NCBI GenBank assembly: GCA_977017575.1
Contig: CDRNVI010000129.1
Coordinates: 1 to 15,131, forward strand
DNA length: 15,131 nucleotides
DNA from: Paramoeba atlantica
Lineage: Eukaryota; Protista; Discosea
Reading direction: 5' to 3'
Part shown: piece after piece, positions 1 through 8,507 of the stretch
Numbering within the stretch: position 1 is the stretch's first letter
Layout: each line of letters opens with the position of its first letter
Position numbers and translations under genes: made by a program
Notes under the pieces: generated by a model
The model's input: only the letters and a program-made list of their open reading frames with translations
Told to the model about the DNA's origin: nothing
The model's database searches: none

Positions 1-372
1 AAACGTTTTGAAATTGATTATAATTTATTAAGTATAGATTATAATTCTAGATTAATTATTTCTGTATCTTGTGATAAATTAGATGTTATAAGATCTATTA
101 CTGATATTTATTTAGGTGCCGATTGGTTAGAACGTGAAGTTTGAGATATGTATGGTATTTTTTTCATGGGTCATAAAGATTTAAGACGTATATTAACCGA
201 TTATGGTTTTGAAGGTTATCCGTTTCGTAAAGATTTTCCTTTAAATGGTTATTTAGAAATAAGGTATGATGAAGATAAACAATATTTGATTTATGAGCCT
301 ATTGAATTAATGCAAAATATGAGATCATATAGTTTTACTAATCCTTTATTAAATAAAAAATATATACTTTAA
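1..372 (+). CDS. nad9: NADH dehydrogenase subunit 9, 5'-partial (starts upstream of the window)
   Basis: Frame 1 is open from base 1 and reads ...ADWLEREV(TGA 142-144=W)[30 protein letters not shown], the Nad9/NuoC signature. TAA at 370-372. Confidence 0.97.
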
Positions 373-376
373 AAAC

Positions 377-1561
377 GTGAATAAAATATTTAAAAAAATA
401 AAAACTTTTACAATTAATTTTGGACCACAGCATCCAGCAGCTCATGGAGTTTTAAGATTAATATTAGAATTAAATGGTGAAATTATAGAAAGAGCTGATC
501 CTCATATAGGATTATTACATAGAGGTACTGAAAAATTAATAGAATATAAGACTTTTATACAAGCTTTACCTTATTTTGATAGATTAGATTATGTATCTAT
601 GATGGCTCAAGAACATTGTTATTCATTAGCTGTAGAAACTTTAAGTTCTACTAATGTACCTATAAGAGCAAAGATGATACGTATGATTTTTGGTGAAATA
701 ACTAGAATATTAAATCATATTTTAGGGTTAACTACACATGCGTTAGATGTTGGAGCGATGACACCTTTTTTATGACTTTTTGAAGAACGTGAAAAATTAA
801 TGGAATTTTACGAAAGGGTATCAGGTGCTAGAATGCATGCAGCATATATAAGACCAGGAGGTATTAGTCAAGATATACCTATGTCTTTTTGTGATGATTT
901 ATATAAATTTACACAAAATTTTATTAACTCTTTAATGGAAATGGAAGAATTATTAAATAGAAATAGAATATGAAAGCAACGTTTAGTTGATGTAGGTATA
1001 TTAGATTATAATCAAGCACAAACTTGAGGTTGTAGTGGAGTTATTTTAAGAGGATCTGGTATTCCTTGAGATATTAGAAAAAGTGAACCTTATGAATTAT
1101 ATAATGAAGTTGATTTTAAATCTTATATAGGAAATAAAGGTGATTGTTTTGATAGATTTTTAATTAGATTAAAAGAAATGCATGAGAGTTTAAAAATAAT
1201 TTTACAACTTTTAAATAATTTAAAAGAAGGTCCTATTTCAAATTACAATAATAAATTAACTATACCTTCAAGATCATTAATGAAGTTTTCTATGGAATCT
1301 TTAATACATCATTTTAAATTATTTACAGAAGGTGTTAATATACCTTTTAATGATGTTTATAGATCTATAGAAGCTCCTAAAGGGGAATTTGGTGTTTTTT
1401 TAGTTTCGGGAGGATTAAATAGACCGGTAAGATGTAAGATAAAAGCACCAGGGTTTAATCATTTACAATTATTAGATACATTATCAAAAGGACATATGAT
1501 AGCCGACGTTGTTACTATTATAGGTACTTTAGATATAGTTTTTGGGGAGGTTGATCGTTAA
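377..1561 (+). CDS. nad7: NADH dehydrogenase subunit 7 (394 aa, probable GTG start)
   Basis: [45 protein letters not shown] and C-terminal DIVFGEVDR are present. One continuous frame when TGA 773, 971, 1025 and others are read as W (TPFLW, NRIWKQR, IPWDIRK). TAA at 1559-1561. Confidence 0.98.
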
Positions 1562-1594
1562 TCAAATATTAATATAATATTAAATATTATATAT

Positions 1595-2050
1595 ATGCAA
1601 AAAAAATTAAATCGATTTTTTAATTTAAGAATTAATTCTAGAGGTGCCGCTTTTGAAAATTTAAATATAGGACCTAATTTAAGTCCTTATATGAATAGAG
1701 AGAAAATCAAAGAATTTTGTAATGAATTTAATAAACAAACTTTTATATATAGATCGGAAGATTTATTAATATATGTTAGATTATTTTTATATACTGATAA
1801 ATCATTTGTTTTTTTAATAAAAGGACCTTCTTTTAGTACTTTATTAAAATTGGTTTGAAATATTATGAGTTTAACTAATAAAAATATTATGGAAAATTCA
1901 ATTACATTAAGAAGTCTATATGATATTGTTATATTGCGTAATTATTATTGATTTAAATTATATAATAATTTAAATCAAAATTGAATAAAATTGCGATTTA
2001 AAAATAGTTTTTTTTCTATATCAAATTTACAAATTAATAAAATTATATAA
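1595..2050 (+). CDS. rpl11: Ribosomal protein L11 (151 aa)
   Basis: IGPNLSPY..N...FCNEFNKQT, and YTDKSFVFLIKGPS matching the L11 Y.D.SF.F..K.PP pattern. Reads through TGA 1856, 1949 and 1982 to TAA 2048-2050. Located upstream of the rps12 cluster. Confidence 0.85.
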
Positions 2051-2056
2051 AAAAAT

Positions 2057-2437
2057 ATGAATAATAATATTATAGCTTTTTTTTATGTAAATCAATATAA
2101 ATCGTTTAATAATTTTGAACAAATTTATTTAAACATAATGAATTTATCTAATATTAATTTATTATATAAAATTTTTGTTAATATTAAATATTTTCTAATT
2201 ATTAATAAGAAATATTTTAAAGATTATTTTACTAATCTTTTAAATAATGATGAATTATTATTTTTATGATATAAAAATAAATTATATAGTAAAGGAACTT
2301 TAGAACAAATAAATAATAGTTTGTTATTAAATTTAAATAAAAAGTATTATTTATTTAATGAATTAATGAAATTCAATTATGAAAAAAAAATTATTAATAC
2401 GTTAATAATATTTAAATATAAATTATGGCTTCGTTAA
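2057..2437 (+). CDS. orf126, unassigned; candidate divergent ribosomal protein L10
   Basis: ATG 2057, open through TGA 2267 (W) to TAA 2435-2437. It exactly fills the rpl11-rps12 gap and overlaps rps12 by 13 nt. The identity rests on synteny and a weak motif only. Confidence 0.6.
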
Positions 2438-2835
2438 ATCAATTAATAAGAAATAAAGGCAGAGTAAAAAAAAAAAGACGTACAAAAGTTCTTTTGTTAG
2501 ATTCTTGTCCACAAAAAAGAGGTGTTTGTATTGAAATTAGAAATAGTGTTAGTCCAAAGAAACCAAATTCCGCTAAAAGAAAAGTAGCAAAAATAAGGTT
2601 ATCAACAGGTAAAAAATTAATAGCAGTTATACCAGGTCAAGGTCATAATTTACAAAAATATTCAGTTGTTATGATTAGAGGAGGACGTGCTAGAGATATT
2701 CCAGGTGTACGTTATAAATTGATAAAAGGAAAATATGATTTTAGTAATTGAGAACGTGAAGAACGAAATAAAAGTCGTTCTAAATATGGTTTGAAAAAAA
2801 AAAAGAAGGAAGGAAAGATTTTAAAAGATGAATAA
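2425..2835 (+). CDS. rps12: Ribosomal protein S12 (136 aa)
   Basis: [45 protein letters not shown], then W (TGA 2749) and [12 protein letters not shown] at 2833-2835. Confidence 0.97.
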
Positions 2836-3247
2836 TTGAATAAAATATTTAATACAATTATTAATAAGAAAAGGAAAAAAACAACGAATTATATTAAGTT
2901 TAGAGAAAATTTTTATTAATATAAAAAAAATATATGGTTGTTTAAATACTTTTTTTAAACAAATAGAAACTAATATATTCATTAGAATGTTTTGTTATAT
3001 TAAAAAAGTAGGAGGTAAAAAATTATTAATACCACATATTTTAAAATCAAAAGATTCTATACCATATTCTGTTAAATTAATAGTTAGATCTATTAATTCT
3101 AGAACTGAGCGAAAATTTCAAGAACGTATTCAAAATGAATTAATAGATGTATATAATAATAAAGGTTTATCTATAAAAAAAAAAAATGATATGTATAGAT
3201 TAATAGAAGCAAATTATACTAATATTAGATTTAAAAGAAAAAAATAA
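2828..3247 (+). CDS. rps7: Ribosomal protein S7 (139 aa)
   Basis: ATG 2828 overlaps the rps12 stop and reads MNNW(TGA)IKYLIQLLIRKGKK. The C-terminus IQNELIDVYNNKGLSIKKKNDMYRLIEAN matches the S7 ELIDA....G.A.KKK...H..AEAN pattern. Follows rps12. Confidence 0.9.
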
Positions 3248-3250
3248 TAT

Positions 3251-3994
3251 ATGTTAAAAAGGAAAAAACAGTCAAAAACAATAAAATATTTAACATTTGG
3301 TTTAAAAAATTATGCAGGAGTTAATAATATGGGTCATAAAACAGTTAAATCAAAGGGAACTAGAGTTAAAAAGAAATATAGATTAATTGATTTTTTTAGA
3401 ACTTACGTTGATATACCTGCAATGGTATTAAGAATTGAGTATGATCCTAATAGATCTGCAAATATAGCTTTAATATGTTATAAAAATGGATTTTTATCTT
3501 ATATTTTAGCAGCCGAAGGTTTGAAAGAAGGTATGGTTTTAAATTCAGTAGATAAAATTGTTGGTTCTACATATCCTTTAGTAAATATAAAATTTGGTTC
3601 TTTTATATCTTGTATGGAATTAAAAAAAAAAAAAGGAAGTAAAGTAGCTAGATCTGCAGGTTCTTTTTGTTTATTAATATCACAAATAAATGAAAATTAT
3701 TATTTAATAAGATTTCCTTCTGGTTTAGAAAAATTAATTTTTAAATATAATAAAGCTATGATAGGTATTGTATCAAATAGAGGGCATAATTTAATAAAAA
3801 AAGGTAAAGCGGGTGTTAATATAAGATTAGGTAAAAAATCAACAGTTAGAGGTGTAGCAAAAAATTGTGTAGATCACCCTAATGGTGGTGGTAGAGGTAA
3901 AACTTCTCCATGAGTCGATTGTCCAAATTTTACAAGACGTGTATTAAAATTTGTACCTACAACTAAGAAAAAAAAAAAAAATGAATTTAAATAA
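3251..3994 (+). CDS. rpl2: Ribosomal protein L2 (247 aa)
   Basis: YRLIDF, IEYDPNRSANIAL, ARSAG, VRGVAKN.VDHPNGGGRGKTSPW (TGA 3911). TAA at 3992-3994. Confidence 0.96.
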
Positions 3995-4259
3995 TATTAA
4001 AAATATTAAAAATATTATTTATTTTTTAAATTTTTCAAAAATAGATAAATTTATTTGATTAAAGTTAAAAGTAAAAGGTTTTAAAATAAAAAATTATATG
4101 ATTAATAAAAGATTAACTGTATATAATGGTCGTTATTTTATTCCAATTAAAATTATAGATAGTATGGTTAATTATATGATTAATTATTTTTTTTTTTCAA
4201 AAAATATATTAATAAAAGATAAAAAGAAAAAGAAACGTATAAAGAAAAAGAAAAAATAA
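3981..4259 (+). CDS. rps19: Ribosomal protein S19 (92 aa; missing from the ORF track)
   Basis: ATG 3981, one TGA (4056). IKNYMINKRLTVYNGRYFIPIKIIDSMVNYMINYF resembles the S19 I.P.M.G.TI.VHNG....V.I...MVGHKLGEF pattern. Canonical position between rpl2 and rps3. TAA at 4257-4259. Confidence 0.85.
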
Positions 4260-4261
4260 TT

Positions 4262-5452
4262 ATGGGACATTTAGTTAATCCAATAACATATAGATTATCA
4301 AAAAGTAAATATTGAATTTCGTCTTGAAATAATATTACAAAAAAAAATTATAAATTATTTTTTTTAGAAGATTATAATATTATTAAATTTTATAATTGAA
4401 TTAAAGTTATAATTAATTGAAACAAGTTAAATTTAGAAATATTACCGTTAAATATAATTAAAACATATAAAATGATGATAATAAATTTAAATTTATTAAA
4501 TGATGATAATAAATTTTTAATTAATGATATTAAGTCAAAAAAATATAAATTAAAAAAATATTATAATCAGTCAAAAAAATATATATTTAAATCTTTTTTA
4601 AAGTATAAACAGTCAAAAAGAAAAAAAAAATATAATTTTTTAAAAGAAAAAAAAAAAAAAAAATATATATTAAATTTTTTACGTAAATTTTTTTATAGTA
4701 AAAGAAAAAATTTTTATAAAAATAAAAAATATGTTTGATTTAATTATTTTTTTTGAGACATGCATAATAATAAATATTATTTATTTTATAATAAGTCTTG
4801 TAGAGGGTTTTATAGAAAGAAAATATTTAAAAATATATGAAAAAAAAAATCAATAAATAATTTTAATAATTTTAAATATTTTTATAAATATAAAAATATT
4901 TATATTTATAAAAATAATAAAAGATTAAACAATTTTATTTTTAAATATAAATGATTTAATTTATTAAGAATTCCAACTAATCGTTGATTAAATAGATTAA
5001 AATATATTAAAAATACTAATTATTTAACTTTAGATAAAAAATTTATTTTTATATTAAAAAATTTTTTATCGTTTTTTATAAAAAAAATTTTTAAAGTTAA
5101 TAATCCTATAATTAATTTTATAGATAAAAAAGAAGTAAATTATTCTACTTATTCTTTATATAAGCTAATTTTATGAAGATTGCGTGTAGGTTATAAAATA
5201 GAGCATTATGCTTATTTATTACATAATAAATTAAAAAATGAAAGAGGTATTATAGGTTTTAAAATAGGTTATGCAGGGAGATATAAAAAAAAGTTAAGAA
5301 ATAAAAAGTTTATTAAACAATTTGGTGCTATTTCACCAAGTAATATAAATTCTCCTTTAAGTTATAATCAGTTTATTTTAATTATGCGGTATGGTGTTTG
5401 TGGTGTAAAAATGAGTTATGTTAGAAAAGTGTATTTATCTTCTATAATATAA
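4262..5452 (+). CDS. rps3: Ribosomal protein S3 with a large low-complexity central expansion (396 aa)
   Basis: N-terminus MGHLVNPITYRLSKSKYW (S3 MGQK.NP..FRL....W). C-terminus GIIGFKIGYAGR...GAISPSNINSPLSY......RYGVCGVKM. Single open frame with about 10 TGA=W codons. TAA at 5450-5452. Confidence 0.9.
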
Positions 5453-5500
5453 AAAGAAAGAAAAGAGAAAAAAAGTTGATTTATTAAGAAATAAATAGAA

Positions 5501-5950
5501 ATGAAAAAAATTTTTGTCAAAAAACATTTAATATTAAATTATTCTAATACTAAAAATTCGATAGAAAAAATATATAATGGTCAATTTGCTATATATTTTT
5601 TAGAAGGTGGTATACTATATAATAATGAATTTAAGGCTTTATTATTTTTTTTAAAAAAAAGATTAAAATTTTTTACTAAATTATTTATACGTTTTCATCC
5701 AAGTTTTAAAAATACATCAAAACCTATAGGTGTTAGAATGGGTAAAGGTAAGGGTGCATTAAATGAATATTATTTTAATATATCAAAAGGTCAAATATTT
5801 ATTGAATTTGGTTTTTCTAATAAATTATTTATATTAAATGATAATGATAAAAAAAAATTATTAGAATATATTAAAGGAATTGTTAAATTAGCCTCATTAA
5901 AATCAAATATTAAATTTAAATTAGTTTATAATAAAGAAAAATGATTTTAG
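5501..5950 (+). CDS. rpl16: Ribosomal protein L16 (149 aa if TGA 5942 is W; TAG stop at 5948-5950)
   Basis: FIRFHP....TSKPIGVRMGKGKG signature. Canonical position after rps3. Confidence 0.93.
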
Positions 5951-6297
5951 TAGGTAGTTATTTAAATTGTAGTGATAATTCTGGTGCACGTATTGTAAAA
6001 TGTATAAGAATTTATAAAAGAAAAAAATATGGATCTATTGGTGATGAAATATTAATAACTGTTAAAACAAATAATCCTAAAAAAAGAATAAAAAAAGGAG
6101 AATTATATAAGGCTTTAATTATTAGAACTAAATATAATTTAAAAAAAAATATAAATTATTATAAATTTAGTGATAATGCTGTTGTTTTGATAAATAAAAA
6201 AAAATTACCTTTAGGTACAAAATTATTTGGTATTAGTTTAAAATTTTTAAGATTTATAAACCGTAAAGTTTTCTTATTGATGCAAAGTATAATATAA
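5941..6297 (+). CDS. rpl14: Ribosomal protein L14 (118 aa)
   Basis: MILVGSYLNCSDNSGARIVKCI, IGD.I.ITVK, KALIIRTK, FSDNAVVLIN, PLGTKLFG. Confidence 0.96.
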   Translation: MILVGSYLNCSDNSGARIVKCIRIYKRKKYGSIGDEILITVKTNNPKKRIKKGELYKALIIRTKYNLKKNINYYKFSDNAVVLINKKKLPLGTKLFGISLKFLRFINRKVFLLMQSII

Positions 6298-6301
6298 AAA
6301 T

Positions 6302-6859
6302 ATGAAAAGTATAGATTTCAAAAGTAATTTAAATATAATACAAAAGGATAACATTAGTAAATTGAATATAATGAGTTTTAATCAATTATCAAAAATTGAT
6401 AAAGTTGATGTAAAAGTTAAATTATATTCTTCAGATGGTAATATAGTTAGAAGGTATCTTATTTTAAATAAATTATTTAAAAAATTATTTAATCAAAGAG
6501 TTTCTATTATAAAAATACAAAAAGAGACATTACGTAATTTTTCTGTTAGATCAAGACGTAATAATTTATCTTATTATATAGTTTTAGGATTAAGTTTAAG
6601 AAAAAATAATATTTATTCTAATTTAAATTATTTATATAATATTATTTTTAATTTATTAGATAAAAATAATGAAAGTAGTTTAATTTATAGAAAAGAAAAT
6701 AAATATATAATAGAATTAAAAAATTTTAATTTTTTATTAGGATTAAATAGTGATGAAGATATATTGGTAAATAATTTAATTTTTAAATTAAATTTTATTA
6801 TAAATTTTAATAATAATAATAATAAATTACATGAAAAAATATTTTTTAAAAAATTATAA
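6302..6859 (+). CDS. rpl5: Ribosomal protein L5, divergent (185 aa)
   Basis: Lies between rpl14 and rps14. LSKIDKVDV resembles L5 P(K)IEKI.(L/V)N, and LGLSLRKNNIYSNLNYL resembles ..VTLR...MY.FL..L. Confidence 0.75.
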   Translation: MKSIDFKSNLNIIQKDNISKLNIMSFNQLSKIDKVDVKVKLYSSDGNIVRRYLILNKLFKKLFNQRVSIIKIQKETLRNFSVRSRRNNLSYYIVLGLSLRKNNIYSNLNYLYNIIFNLLDKNNESSLIYRKENKYIIELKNFNFLLGLNSDEDILVNNLIFKLNFIINFNNNNNKLHEKIFFKKL

Positions 6860-7100
6860 AAATGAAAGAATATATAATAATAATAATACATTAGTATTAT
6901 TATTAAAAATTTTAAAAATATATAGGAAAAAGAAAATATTTTTTTTGAATTTTCCTATACAGAATATTTTAAGAAAGAATTTTTGTATAGAAACTGGTTT
7001 AAAGAGATCTGTTTTTCGAGATTTTTCTTTATCTAGAATGAATATAAAAGAATCTCTTAATATGAAACAAATTAATGGTTTAAAAAAAATATCTTGATAA
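6831..7100 (+). CDS. rps14: Ribosomal protein S14 (89 aa)
   Basis: RKNFCIETGLKRSVFRDFSLSRMNIKE matches S14 NRC..TGR.R...R.FGLSR. It ends GLKKISW with the terminal Trp encoded by TGA 7095-7097, followed by TAA. Overlaps rpl5 by 29 nt. Confidence 0.9.
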
Positions 7101-7103
7101 GTT

Positions 7104-7496
7104 ATGAATTTTTTTTGTAGTCAAATTAATAATGGGTATATAGCTAATTTAAAAAGTTTATATATACCATTAAAAAAAAAGTATTTACCTATATTATCAC
7201 GTTTATACGAATTAAATTTGATAAATAGTTTTATAATATGTAATAAATACCAAATAAAAATAACATTAAAATATTATAATAATAAGCCTTTAATTTTTTT
7301 AGAACAATTATCTTCAGGAGGTAATAAACAATATTTAAAATTTAAAACTTTTAATAAAAATTTTTCTAAATTTTATTTTAATCCTTGTTTTTATAGTAGT
7401 AATAAAGGTTTGTTAACACACGATGAAGCTTATATTATAAAAAGTGGTGGTAAAGCCTTATTAAAAGTACATCTATTATATAAAAATATATTATAA
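7104..7496 (+). CDS. rps8: Ribosomal protein S8 (130 aa)
   Basis: FCSQINNGY, LKYYNNKP, SSNKGLLTHDEAYIIKSGGK matching S8 STSKG.MT..EA....GGE. Positioned after rps14. Confidence 0.88.
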   Translation: MNFFCSQINNGYIANLKSLYIPLKKKYLPILSRLYELNLINSFIICNKYQIKITLKYYNNKPLIFLEQLSSGGNKQYLKFKTFNKNFSKFYFNPCFYSSNKGLLTHDEAYIIKSGGKALLKVHLLYKNIL

Positions 7497-7499
7497 TAA

Positions 7500-8039
7500 A
7501 TGAAAAAAAAATTATATTTAGGAAAAAGTTCTTTATTAAATATTATACATAATAATAATAATATTTTTATGGAAAATATAATAAGTAATTATAAAAAAAA
7601 TATAGATTTAACTATCTTAACTTTATTTAATCAAAAAAATATATTTATATTAAATAATAAAACATTAATTATTAAAAGAAAGAAATATTATAGTTTATTT
7701 CAAAGATATATAAAAAAAAATTTAATTGATTTGATAAGAGGTTATTGCCTAATTTTAAATGTTATAGGTTTAGGTTTTACTATGACTATTTGAAAAGATA
7801 ATGAATTAAGATTTAATATAGGTTATAATCATTTGATTTATTATAATATACCTAAAGGTATTTTAGTTAAATCTAGATCTAGAAGAAATCTTTTTTTATT
7901 TAGTAATTCTTATTTTTTGTTAAAAAAAGTATCTGTGGAAATAAAACAATTTAGAAAATTAAATGCATATAAATTGAAAGGAATAAAAGAAAAAAATGAA
8001 TTATATATTAAAAAAAATTGAAAAAAAGGAACTTATTAA
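7500..8039 (+). CDS. rpl6: Ribosomal protein L6, full two-domain length (179 aa)
   Basis: RGY...LNVIGLGF, W (TGA 7791), LRFNIGYNH, EIKQFRKLNAYKLKGI (L6 .IR..R.P..YKGKGI). TGA 8019 read as W, TAA at 8037-8039. Confidence 0.9.
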
Positions 8040-8184
8040 TTCAGCAATAAGTTTTAAGGTATTATTAAATTATAATTATAATTTAATTTATATACATAAT
8101 TATAATTTAAAATTAATTTTCGATAATAATTGACTTCAAGTTAAAAATTATTTATATGAAATGGGTATTATAAATAAACAATAA
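7996..8184 (+). CDS. orf62, unassigned small ORF between rpl6 and rps13
   Basis: ATG 7996 gives MNYILKKIEKKELINSAISFKVLLNYNYNLIYIHNYNLKLIFDNNW(TGA)LQVKNYLYEMGIINKQ, TAA 8182-8184, ending 5 nt before the rps13 ATG. No recognised motif. Confidence 0.45.
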
Positions 8185-8189
8185 AAAAT

Positions 8190-8504
8190 ATGAATATAAA
8201 ACGTTATATAATTAATAATTATAATATTGGTTTATCTTTATTATCTATAATATTATTTAAATTTGGTTTATTATATAATAAATCTTATAAAAATATTAAT
8301 AATAAAGGTTTATTAAAACAGTTAGAAAAAAATTTGTTATATTTTTTTAAAAGGAAGGAACAAATTAAACATATTAGATATAATAATATTATGAAAAAAA
8401 TAGTTAATGGTTCTTATTTTGGTTATAAACGTATTAGAGGGTTACCTATGTATAATCAACGATCAAAGACTAATAATAGATCATCGAGAAAAAAAATAAT
8501 ATAA
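8190..8504 (+). CDS. rps13: Ribosomal protein S13 (104 aa)
   Basis: GSYFGYKRIRGLPMYNQRSKTNNRSSRK matches S13 G.YRG.RH..GLPVRGQRTKTNAR. Confidence 0.92.
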   Translation: MNIKRYIINNYNIGLSLLSIILFKFGLLYNKSYKNINNKGLLKQLEKNLLYFFKRKEQIKHIRYNNIMKKIVNGSYFGYKRIRGLPMYNQRSKTNNRSSRKKII

Positions 8505-8507
8505 GTG

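Noticed and set aside
3968-3981. Long poly-A runs (here, 4649-4661, 10918-10930) as frameshift or editing sites
   Set aside because: The reading frames remain open across them, and they just encode poly-Lys.
6685-6891. Minus-strand 68-aa ORF
   Set aside because: It is the antisense shadow of rpl5/rps14, with low-complexity Y/F/L/I content and no motif.
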